From Halalkalibacterium halodurans (GTDB taxonomy: Bacteria; Bacillota; Bacilli; Bacillales; Bacillaceae_D), in the NCBI RefSeq assembly GCF_004376175.1, contig NZ_SNUY01000006.1, forward strand, positions 1 to 32,000: a DNA stretch of 32,000 nucleotides, given 5' to 3'. Within the stretch, counting starts at the first letter, position 1, and each line of letters begins with the position of its first letter. Both the position numbers and the translations under genes were made by a program. The notes under the pieces are model-generated. The model saw only the letters and a list, made by a program, of their open reading frames with translations, ran no database searches and was not told the DNA's origin. Shown piece by piece: positions 1-7,077 of the stretch.

Positions 1-467
1 TTCGTATCCCCTTTGTAATCATCAATCGCAATCCGAGGAGGAAGGTGATCCACCTTCTTCACGAGGGGGGCCGCCAATTGATCAAACCGGCGCATGGCAG
101 TTGTCACGGACGTTTGGAATTGATTCGCTGTGTCCGTAAAGTTCTTCCCTTGAATGAGCCGTAAGCGAAACGCTTGATTCCATTCCACTGTCTGACGCTG
201 ATATCGCTCTACAAAACAGGCTTTCTCCGCAAACCGCTTCCCGCATCTGCACGCGTACCGGCGCTTTCGATAGAATAGATACACCCACCGTTCAAAGAGC
301 TTGAGATGTTGAACTTTTTGGATGCGGTAATCATGGATTCTCTCGGTTCTCTCCCCGCAGGATGGGCAACGATGAGGCGTTCGCGGCATTTCTACATGGA
401 GCGCGATAAAGTCCTCTCGTTCCTCCATCTTTGTGACCTTCACACCTTTTAATCCGGGCAAATCCAT
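1..467 (-). CDS. ISL3-family transposase, N-terminal 155 codons (partial, continues beyond position 1)
   Basis: This frame is absent from the supplied ORF track because the window edge truncates it. Hand translation from ATG at 467 gives MDLPGLKGVKVTKMEEREDFIALHVEMPRTPHRCPSCGERTERIHDYRIQKVQHLKLFERWVYLFYRKRRYACRCGKRFAEKACFVERYQRQTVEWNQAFRLRLIQGKNFTDTANQFQTSVTTAMRRFDQLAAPLVKKVDHLPPRIAIDDYKGDT, with no stop. The CPxCG...CxCG zinc-finger region and the IAIDxxKG motif are typical of ISL3 transposases. Confidence 0.8.
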   Translation of the reverse strand, partial: MDLPGLKGVKVTKMEEREDFIALHVEMPRTPHRCPSCGERTERIHDYRIQKVQHLKLFERWVYLFYRKRRYACRCGKRFAEKACFVERYQRQTVEWNQAFRLRLIQGKNFTDTANQFQTSVTTAMRRFDQLAAPLVKKVDHLPPRIAIDDYKGDT

Positions 468-600
468 GGTAAAATTCATCGTACACGTAGCTCCTATCCT
501 TTCTTTGTTTCTAGGCAATTCAAGGATAATGGATAAAGGAGCCTGCGTGCATTTTTTTTGCCCTCTTTTGTGCAAAAACCCCAACATTTATTGTAGAGCC
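1..600 (-). mobile_element. ISL3-family insertion sequence, transposase-proximal end (element runs off the window start)
   Basis: An open minus-strand frame 467->1 has an ISL3-type transposase N-terminus. The minus strand at 600..585 reads GGCTCTACAATAAATG, which resembles the GGCTCT-type terminal inverted repeat of ISL3 elements (from memory). The other end is outside the window, so IR pairing and target duplication cannot be verified. Confidence 0.7.
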
Positions 601-635
601 AAGATTAATCACCTGTAACAACAGAGCTCACTGAT

Positions 636-672
636 ATAAAAATAAAGTGGTGCTAGCACCACTTTATTTTGC
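636..672 (-). terminator. Intrinsic terminator of rny
   Basis: Palindrome AAAGTGGTGCTAGCACCACTTT (644-665) overlaps the rny stop codon. On the minus strand it is followed by ATTTTTATAT. Confidence 0.75.
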
Positions 673-2229
673 ATACTCGACCGCTCGGGTTTCGCGAATG
701 ACAGTGACGCGAATATGTCCCGGATAGTCAAGCTCCTCTTCAATTTTCTTCGTAATGTCGCGGGCGAGCTTATGGGCAAGGACATCGTCGACGATATCCG
801 GCTTAACCATAATTCGCACCTCGCGCCCCGCTTGAATGGCGTACGTTTTTTCAACACCATCGAAGGACTCTGAAATCTCTTCAAGTTTTTCTAGGCGTCG
901 GATGTAAGTTTCAAGCGTTTCCCGTCTCGCTCCAGGTCGTGCGGCCGATAATGCATCAGCTGCAGCAACCAATGAAGAGATAATTGATGTGGCTTCTGTA
1001 TCACCGTGGTGTGAGGCAATCGCATTAATGACCACCGGATGTTCCTTGTACTTTGTCGCTAACTCAACACCGATTTCCACATGGCTTCCTTCCACTTCAT
1101 GGTCAATTGCTTTTCCTATATCATGAAGCAGGCCGGCCCGGCGGGCAAGTTTTACATCTTCCCCCAACTCCGCTGCCATTAGTCCTGCTAAATATGCCAC
1201 TTCCATCGAATGCTTTAACACATTTTGGCCGTAGCTCGTCCGGAACTTCAGTCGACCTAAGATTTTGATTAAATCTGGATGGAGCCCGTGGATGCCCATT
1301 TCAAACGTCGTTTGTTCGCCGTATTCTCGAATGGCCTCGTCCACTTCACGGCGAGCTTTATCAACCATTTCCTCAATTCGAGCTGGATGAATCCGTCCAT
1401 CTTGAACGAGCTTCTCTAAAGCGGTTCGAGCAATTTCTCGTCTGATCGGATCAAACCCAGATAAAATAACAGCTTCCGGGGTATCATCAATGATGAGATC
1501 AATCCCTGTTAGCGTCTCTAAGGCTCGAATGTTGCGTCCTTCCCGTCCGATGATACGTCCTTTCATCTCATCGTTCGGTAAATTCACAACAGAGACAGTG
1601 GTTTCCGCTACATGATCCGCAGAGCAACGCTGAATCGCGAGCGACAGAATTTCACGGGCTTTTTTATCCGCCTCTTCTTTCGCTTTTGCTACGCGCTCTT
1701 TGATCAGCAAGGCCGTTTCATGAGCCATCTCCTGCTCGACTTCAGCGCGGATGACTTCACGTGCCTCTTCGCGAGAAAATCCCGAAATTCGCTCAAGCTC
1801 TACTTGCTGCTTGTTCAAGATTTCCTCCACTTTGCTATCCATCTCTTCAATTTGTCGTTGTTTTTTGGTGAGAGATTCCTCCCTTTTATCCAATGATTCC
1901 TCTTTTTTGTCCAAGGTTTCACTTTTCCGGTCTAGAATCTCTTCTTTCTGAACCAAACGATTCTCTTGTTTTTGAATCTCGTTTCTTCTTTCACGAATTT
2001 CGCGCTCCGCTTCTGTTCGAAGCTTATGAACCTCATCCTTCACTTCAAGGATGGCTTCCTTTTTCCCCGCTTCGGCTTCGCGCTTCGCATCTTCAACGAT
2101 TTGTTTCGCAGCATGTTCGGCGCTGGAAATTTTCGCTTCGGCAATCGATTTTCGAACAAGATATCCAACAACTGCACTGACTGCAGAGACAACAAGCAAA
2201 ATGGAGATGAACAAGACGTTAAATTCCAT
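664..2229 (-). CDS. rny: Ribonuclease Y (N-terminal TM helix, coiled coil, KH and HD domains)
   Basis: 521-aa ORF. It has an N-terminal hydrophobic helix ([19 protein letters not shown]), a long E/K-rich coiled coil, a KH-like [19 protein letters not shown] and an HD motif [20 protein letters not shown] lies upstream of the ATG. Position next to recA matches B. subtilis. Confidence 0.95.
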   Translation of the reverse strand: MEFNVLFISILLVVSAVSAVVGYLVRKSIAEAKISSAEHAAKQIVEDAKREAEAGKKEAILEVKDEVHKLRTEAEREIRERRNEIQKQENRLVQKEEILDRKSETLDKKEESLDKREESLTKKQRQIEEMDSKVEEILNKQQVELERISGFSREEAREVIRAEVEQEMAHETALLIKERVAKAKEEADKKAREILSLAIQRCSADHVAETTVSVVNLPNDEMKGRIIGREGRNIRALETLTGIDLIIDDTPEAVILSGFDPIRREIARTALEKLVQDGRIHPARIEEMVDKARREVDEAIREYGEQTTFEMGIHGLHPDLIKILGRLKFRTSYGQNVLKHSMEVAYLAGLMAAELGEDVKLARRAGLLHDIGKAIDHEVEGSHVEIGVELATKYKEHPVVINAIASHHGDTEATSIISSLVAAADALSAARPGARRETLETYIRRLEKLEEISESFDGVEKTYAIQAGREVRIMVKPDIVDDVLAHKLARDITKKIEEELDYPGHIRVTVIRETRAVEYAK

Positions 2230-2351
2230 GCTCTTTCACCTCCTCTTGCTATCTAATTGTTGGGATTCACATTACAATCATTCATTTTCTCATAATTAAA
2301 CACACGAATGCCACAGAAAAAAATGGTTAACATTTTGTTGCATTCTTCTTT

Positions 2352-2380
2352 ATTCTATCGGTGATACAGGAGATTGTCAA
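2352..2380 (-). promoter_or_regulatory. Sigma-A type promoter for rny
   Basis: The minus strand reads TTGACA (2380-2375), a 17-nt spacer, then TAGAAT (2357-2352). The -35 hexamer contains the TGA stop codon of the upstream 221-aa gene. No terminator lies between that gene and rny. Confidence 0.6.
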
Positions 2381-3042
2381 GTGTTGTCAATTTTAACAAC
2401 TTCGCTGACGCCATCGCGAATGTCAACATGATAGGCTGTGTCCCCTGACTCCGCCAAGTGATGATTATGGGTAATCATTAAGATTTGGCGCCCAAACATC
2501 GTAGCTAATGACCTCAAAAACTCATAAAGAGGCTGGACATATTCCTCGGAGACGTGCTTGCCTGGCTCGTCAAGCAAAATCGGGCCTGGCATGGACGGTT
2601 GTATCGTTTCAAGCAATGCAACCCTAAGGGCGAGAGTGACGATGTCGACTACCCCGCCTCCTCTCGATTCCTGTGGCTTCGTTTTGACTTTTACTCCCTC
2701 GTATTCTGTTAACACGTAAAATTCAGCGACCGCTTTGCTTCCATGCTCTTCAAGTTCAATGTGAAAGGAAAACAATGGTCCAAACACATATTGCAGAGCA
2801 TTCGTTACGAGCGATTCTATTTGTTGCTTCGCTTGCTCCCGTGCATATTCTGCAGACTGTTGCAAGAGAATTCGCGCCTTTTCATAAACATCCCTTGTCT
2901 CACGAAAAGATTCTAGCTGTTTTAGCTTTTCATCCAATTGCTTTAGCAGTAGCTGTCTTGTCGCATCAAGCCGTTGCCACTCTTCATTCGCTTTCTTCAA
3001 TCGTTGCTGGACGCTCGCAAAATGGACAACATACTCACTCAT
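2377..3042 (-). CDS. Rad50/SbcC-like ATPase, C-terminal head piece (short coiled coil plus signature, Walker B and H-loop)
   Basis: 221 aa. The N-terminal ~80 aa are heptad-like (LKKANEEWQRLDATRQLLLKQLDEKLKQLESF). They are followed by SRGGGVVDIVTLALRVALLE (ABC signature-like), GPILLDEPGKHV (Walker B) and LMITHNHHL (H-loop). The ATG overlaps the upstream stop as ATGAGTGA. Confidence 0.8.
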   Translation of the reverse strand: MSEYVVHFASVQQRLKKANEEWQRLDATRQLLLKQLDEKLKQLESFRETRDVYEKARILLQQSAEYAREQAKQQIESLVTNALQYVFGPLFSFHIELEEHGSKAVAEFYVLTEYEGVKVKTKPQESRGGGVVDIVTLALRVALLETIQPSMPGPILLDEPGKHVSEEYVQPLYEFLRSLATMFGRQILMITHNHHLAESGDTAYHVDIRDGVSEVVKIDNT

Positions 3043-3286
3043 CCCGCAACAGTTCCTTTGGAATTAAATCCATCGTTTCCTGGAGGCCTTTTTCGATTTC
3101 CCGCTCCAAGCGTGCAATTTCTCCTTCTAAATCCTCAGGTTTTACGCCAAGCTCCTCCAAATCTTCCAATAGGCGTTTTCGCTGGTTTTCAAGCTCCTCT
3201 AGTTTCGCTTCAGCTCGGTAGCGCATATCCTTTCCTTTTTCAATCGCTTCCTTCATTTTTGCTAGCTGTTGTTCTACTTGTTTCAT
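3035..3286 (-). CDS. 83-aa charged coiled-coil protein (middle piece of the split Rad50/SbcC-like ATPase)
   Basis: The ORF-track frame 3035-3391 is trimmed to the internal ATG at 3286, which is preceded by GGAGGATGG plus 4 nt. Product: MKQVEQQLAKMKEAIEKGKDMRYRAEAKLEELENQRKRLLEDLEELGVKPEDLEGEIARLEREIEKGLQETMDLIPKELLRDE. The discarded 35 N-terminal codons overlap the preceding gene and look non-coding. Confidence 0.6.
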   Translation of the reverse strand: MKQVEQQLAKMKEAIEKGKDMRYRAEAKLEELENQRKRLLEDLEELGVKPEDLEGEIARLEREIEKGLQETMDLIPKELLRDE

Positions 3287-3317
3287 GGTTCCATCCTCCA
3301 AATCTTTACTCAACCGA

Positions 3318-4730
3318 TCAGTGGCGAATCGCCTGACCACAGGTCGGGCACGTACCTTCCTGTAAAAGAAGCTGATGATGGTCATGCTCAAGCTTGATCA
3401 GTTCTTGTTTTGTTTTATGTAAGAAGGCTTGTCCATCGTCCATTCGTTTTCTCACGTGTTCAACTTGTTGCTGTAACTCTTTTAGTTTCCCCAGCTTTTC
3501 GAGCTGGGCGTTTAACTGTCCAATCTGCTCGTTCGCTATGACGGCCCCATTCGATTGATCTTTTTTTTCTTGCCATTGAATCCGCTCTTGTTCATAGTTC
3601 CGCCATCTACGATAGATAGTGTCAAGGTGTTGCTTCCGTTCGTAATAAGCTTGCAGCTTATGAAAGTTGACGATCCGATCTGTTGTGACAAAGGACGTTT
3701 TTTCAAACGCCGCAAAGGCATGATGCTTAACCCTTTCCTGTTCGTCCCAATACCGCTTATGTTTAGATAGGACTTCAAGCCTTCCTTTTAGTTCACTCAT
3801 TCTGTTCAACTGCTCATTCGCTAATGCCATTTGATTTGTTTTCTGAATCCATAAGTGGCACTTTGTCACCTGTGTCTTTAACTCACCTAGTTGGCGATGA
3901 AACTGACGATAAACCGTTAGGCGTGAGAGAGCCGCTTGAATCCGTTCATACCCATGGATCCACTCCTCAAGGTGTTGTACCCGCGTCAGCTGCCTCCGAA
4001 CGTGGGCTTGTTGTTCCCTTTGTTGTTCCAGCGCGCGCTCGAATTCCATAAGCTTTTTCTTTTTTTCCTCAAGCTGGTGAAGCTCGTTCATTTTCTGTTC
4101 CGCTTGTTCAAGCTTCCGCTTATGTAAATCGAGCGATTGAAAAGGAAGCAATTCCCCCTCGATTCGTTGTGCCTCTTCTTCATCATACTTCATTTTTTGA
4201 TTCAATCTCGAGAGGTCTTTCGTCGTATCGCGTATCGCCATGTCCAAAAAGTGTGCACCACTAATTCGACCGATTGCTTTTGCTCGGATCGCTCCTGTCT
4301 GATCAAGGAGAAATGGTCCGTCAAGCTGTTGAGCAACGTGAAGCTGGATTTCATGATCACGGTCAATTCGAAGTGGCTTCATTCCGTGGGCGTCCAGCAC
4401 CTCTTGTGGAACATGAATACCAAATCCCTCTAGGATAAGGTCTTCCTCCTCTGGCCGCTTTATGACATAACGATTCTTCGAAGGAGTACGTTCACGAACA
4501 ATGGTTGTTCCATCAGTAAACGTCACACGAACACGGACAAAATCAGCACCTGCCCTCATGAAGTCCGTCCCTCTTGGCAAATTAAACAAGGCCCAGCGAA
4601 TGGCCCGTAAGATTGAGGTCTTTCCACTGTCAGATTCCCCGACAATGACATTCATCCCTTCGCCAAATTCAATAACCGTATCAAGGTGTGATTGAAAATT
4701 TTCAAGCCTGACCTGATTAATCGTACTCAT
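3318..4730 (-). CDS. Rad50/SbcC-like ATPase, N-terminal head piece plus long coiled coil ending in a CxxC zinc hook
   Basis: Start is set at ATG 4730, with AAAGGTGGGG 4 nt upstream. The track start 4757 lies inside the upstream gene. Features are VRLENFQSH, Walker A GESDSGKTS, then roughly 270-290 aa of E/K/Q/L heptad sequence. The C-terminus is EGTCPTCGQAIRH-stop. Confidence 0.8.
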   Translation of the reverse strand: MSTINQVRLENFQSHLDTVIEFGEGMNVIVGESDSGKTSILRAIRWALFNLPRGTDFMRAGADFVRVRVTFTDGTTIVRERTPSKNRYVIKRPEEEDLILEGFGIHVPQEVLDAHGMKPLRIDRDHEIQLHVAQQLDGPFLLDQTGAIRAKAIGRISGAHFLDMAIRDTTKDLSRLNQKMKYDEEEAQRIEGELLPFQSLDLHKRKLEQAEQKMNELHQLEEKKKKLMEFERALEQQREQQAHVRRQLTRVQHLEEWIHGYERIQAALSRLTVYRQFHRQLGELKTQVTKCHLWIQKTNQMALANEQLNRMSELKGRLEVLSKHKRYWDEQERVKHHAFAAFEKTSFVTTDRIVNFHKLQAYYERKQHLDTIYRRWRNYEQERIQWQEKKDQSNGAVIANEQIGQLNAQLEKLGKLKELQQQVEHVRKRMDDGQAFLHKTKQELIKLEHDHHQLLLQEGTCPTCGQAIRH

Positions 4731-5715
4731 GTTCCCCACCTTTCCAAGCTTCCTCAATGACGGTAATTCTCCTTAATGCCTCTTGTTTCACCGGTTCTTC
4801 CACATTGGACATCGCCGCAATTTCATTGATCACATCATTCATATTTAACGACTGGAATTCGGCATGCTCTTTCACTTGCTGAATAAAGGCATGAAGTTTT
4901 TCTTCTTGATTTACAGACTTTTCTAAAAAGCTCCGATCAAGAACCTCTTCGCCATTTTTCGCTGATTGTAGCGGACGCTCCTTTAAATCAATACCATCTT
5001 TTGTAATCGTCCCTAAAATGACCGTAGGAGTGCGGACAAGCTCTGTCCAGTGGTTGTTAATCCGAGCAATGGCCCCTGGGTTGCATATGTAACGTCCGTC
5101 CTTTTGTTTAATGCCAAAGCCACCGTGAAAATGGCCTGTTAACAACACGTCCGCACTTGTTCCCCATATATGATCGATCAATGTATGTGGAATTCCTTCC
5201 GGCAAGGCTTTCTCAACGAGCATACTATGAACGAGATGGACCATCACATCCGCTTCATGGACATTCACCGGATAATAGTCAAGCTTCGGATCTCGCTGAT
5301 CAATATCGTAATGGTACGGCTGGCCAGAAATTTGGACTTTCACTCCATCTTTTTCAACTAACACGGGCGTTTGTGGATCGATAATGTGAATGATTCCAAA
5401 TGAATGAAGCAATCCAAGCATCGTGCGTGAAATCGTCTCAGGATTATGCCCAAATGTGTCATGATTTCCAGCAATCGCGTAGATCGGCCGTGAGGTTTTA
5501 CGGAAAATTTGCGCAAACTGACCGACAACATTTGGTGAAAGGTCAGGCCGATCAAACACATCCCCCCCATGGAGCAGCATATCCACTTTTTCCGTCTCTG
5601 CGATCTCCATTACTTCATGGAGCTTGTGTTTTAACGTTTCCACGAACGGATCTAACCGATTTTTCGGTGCTGTTCCGCGAATATGTGTATCTGTAAAATA
5701 TAAAAATTTGATCAT
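4717..5715 (-). CDS. Mre11/SbcD-like calcineurin-fold metallophosphoesterase (putative nuclease subunit)
   Basis: 332 aa. Motifs occur in canonical order: FTDTHIRG (DxH), HGGDVFDRPD (GDxxD), IAGNHDTF (GNHD), LTGHFHGG (GHxH). An in-frame TAA five codons upstream fixes the ATG. The SD is weak (GACGAG). The 3' end overlaps the next gene by 14 nt. Confidence 0.8.
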   Translation of the reverse strand: MIKFLYFTDTHIRGTAPKNRLDPFVETLKHKLHEVMEIAETEKVDMLLHGGDVFDRPDLSPNVVGQFAQIFRKTSRPIYAIAGNHDTFGHNPETISRTMLGLLHSFGIIHIIDPQTPVLVEKDGVKVQISGQPYHYDIDQRDPKLDYYPVNVHEADVMVHLVHSMLVEKALPEGIPHTLIDHIWGTSADVLLTGHFHGGFGIKQKDGRYICNPGAIARINNHWTELVRTPTVILGTITKDGIDLKERPLQSAKNGEEVLDRSFLEKSVNQEEKLHAFIQQVKEHAEFQSLNMNDVINEIAAMSNVEEPVKQEALRRITVIEEAWKGGEHEYD

Positions 5716-5782
5716 TTGCTCGTCTGTGGCTTAATCAGAAGCCTTCGCACCTACCTTTCCATTAAACTATGGGATGACCATA

Positions 5783-5821
5783 ACGAAAATCCCCCTATGT
5801 CTATTGTAACGTTAGGGGGGA
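5783..5821 (-). terminator. Intrinsic terminator of recA
   Basis: The minus strand reads CCCCCTA, a 15-nt loop, TAGGGGG, then ATTTTCGTT. It begins 15 nt after the recA stop. Confidence 0.7.
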
Positions 5822-5836
5822 CGTACAGCACGTATA

Positions 5837-6886
5837 TTATTTCAAATCGAGTGGGAGATCTTCAAACTCCTCTTCCGATGGAGCCTCCACCTCAATCTCT
5901 CCGTTCAAACCGTAATGCTCGCGAATTCGGCTTTCAATTTCCTCCGCAGCTTCAGGGTTTTCCTTTAAAAATTGTTTCGCATTCTCGCGCCCTTGACCGA
6001 GACGCTCGTCATTGAAGGAATACCAAGCTCCGCTTTTTTGCACAATATCAAGCTCAGAAGCAATATCTAAAATCGAGCCTTCACGGGAAATCCCTTCACC
6101 GTACATAATATCCACTTCCGCTTGTTTAAACGGAGGAGCCACTTTGTTTTTCACGACTTTAATTTTCGTCTTGTTACCGACCATATCGTTTCCTTGCTTT
6201 AACGTCTCTGCACGGCGCACTTCGAGACGAACAGAGGAATAGAACTTAAGCGCTCTTCCCCCCGGTGTCGTTTCCGGGTTTCCGAACATAACACCAACTT
6301 TTTCACGAATTTGGTTAATGAAAATCGCAATTGTTTTTGACTTATTGATCGCACCTGAAAGCTTCCGAAGCGCTTGAGACATTAGGCGTGCTTGCAAGCC
6401 AACATGGCTGTCACCCATCTCCCCTTCTATTTCCGCTTTCGGTACAAGAGCTGCCACACTGTCGATGACAATGACGTCAATGGCCCCGCTGCGAACTAAC
6501 GCTTCAGCGATTTCCAACGCTTGTTCTCCGGTATCAGGCTGTGACAATAAGAGCTCATCAATGTTTACACCTAGCTTTTTCGCATAAACCGGATCAAGGG
6601 CATGTTCCGCATCAATAAACGCAGCTTGACCACCATTTCTTTGCACCTCTGCAATCGCATGGAGGGCAACGGTCGTTTTACCAGATGATTCTGGACCATA
6701 CACTTCAATAACTCTTCCACGAGGGTATCCACCAACACCCAGGGCGATGTCAAGGGCAAGAGCACCGCTGGAAATGGTAGATACACGTTGTTCTGCTTGT
6801 TCTCCCAGCTTCATGATCGAGCCTTTTCCGAATTGCTTTTCAATTTGTCGTAACGCCATGTCCAACGCTGCTTTACGATCACTCAT
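5837..6886 (-). CDS. recA: Recombinase RecA
   Basis: 349 aa. It has Walker [10 protein letters not shown] plus [19 protein letters not shown] and [15 protein letters not shown]. There is no interruption (no intron or intein). Confidence 0.98.
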   Translation of the reverse strand: MSDRKAALDMALRQIEKQFGKGSIMKLGEQAEQRVSTISSGALALDIALGVGGYPRGRVIEVYGPESSGKTTVALHAIAEVQRNGGQAAFIDAEHALDPVYAKKLGVNIDELLLSQPDTGEQALEIAEALVRSGAIDVIVIDSVAALVPKAEIEGEMGDSHVGLQARLMSQALRKLSGAINKSKTIAIFINQIREKVGVMFGNPETTPGGRALKFYSSVRLEVRRAETLKQGNDMVGNKTKIKVVKNKVAPPFKQAEVDIMYGEGISREGSILDIASELDIVQKSGAWYSFNDERLGQGRENAKQFLKENPEAAEEIESRIREHYGLNGEIEVEAPSEEEFEDLPLDLK

Positions 6887-6954
6887 CTATCATCTCTCCT
6901 CTATTGATACGATCCATTATACAAATAGGCGAATCTATGTTTCGTTCCTTTTCT

Positions 6955-6983
6955 ATCATACAATGTTTTGATCCATTTGCCAA
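6955..6983 (-). promoter_or_regulatory. Sigma-A type recA promoter
   Basis: The minus strand reads TTGGCA (6983-6978), a 17-nt spacer, then TATGAT (6960-6955). Confidence 0.6.
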
Positions 6984-6992
6984 CCATTTTTA

Positions 6993-7006
6993 CGAACATT
7001 TATTCG
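6993..7006 (-). promoter_or_regulatory. LexA (Cheo/SOS) box upstream of the recA promoter
   Basis: The minus strand reads CGAATAAATGTTCG. This fits the Bacillus consensus CGAAC-N4-GTTCG with one mismatch. It has the same GAAT...GTTC form I recall for B. subtilis recA. It lies 9 nt upstream of the -35. Confidence 0.65.
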
Positions 7007-7077
7007 CTTTTTTTATCATAGAAGATGAAGAAAAGGACTGAATGCGCTCAGCCCTCTCCAACGATTATCGTTCGACT

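Noticed and set aside
82-288. 68-aa minus-strand ORF from the track
   Set aside because: It is out of frame within the longer open ISL3 transposase frame (467->1), uses a GTG start without an SD, and has no recognisable motif.
433-618. 61-aa plus-strand ORF
   Set aside because: It spans the transposase start and the IS terminal region on the opposite strand. It has no SD and resembles nothing I recognise.
609-884. 91-aa minus-strand ORF overlapping the rny 3' end
   Set aside because: It is an alternative frame of the well-supported rny CDS and runs across the rny terminator.
1053-2299. Cluster of plus-strand ORFs (71-96 aa) antisense to rny
   Set aside because: These are shadow frames produced by the repetitive GAA/AAG-rich coiled-coil coding sequence of rny. 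They give low-complexity S/F/L-rich products and have no SDs.
3287-3391. N-terminal 35 codons of the 118-aa track ORF
   Set aside because: This stretch overlaps the end of the zinc-hook gene, has no SD, and its composition is unlike the coiled-coil remainder. An internal ATG at 3286 has a strong SD.
4731-4757. Upstream ATG (4757) for the ATPase N-piece
   Set aside because: It lies well inside the phosphoesterase gene without an SD. The ATG at 4730 is preceded by AAAGGTGGGG and gives the usual family N-terminus.
5716-6015. 99-aa plus-strand ORF across the recA 3' end
   Set aside because: It is antisense to recA and to the recA terminator, and has no SD.
5837-6886. Possible intron or intein in recA (known in some Bacillus and Mycobacterium recA genes)
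   Set aside because: The ORF is a normal-length, uninterrupted 349-aa RecA.
6928-6942. Second LexA-like sequence CGAAACATAGATTCG (minus strand) in the recA leader
   Set aside because: The half-site spacing is 5 rather than 4 nt and both half-sites are degenerate. It does not fit CGAAC-N4-GTTCG.
7058-7074. Palindrome CGAACGATAATCGTTGG just after the helicase stop, considered as a LexA box or terminator
   Set aside because: The half-sites do not match GAAC-N4-GTTC, and the stem leaves too small a loop to be a stable terminator.
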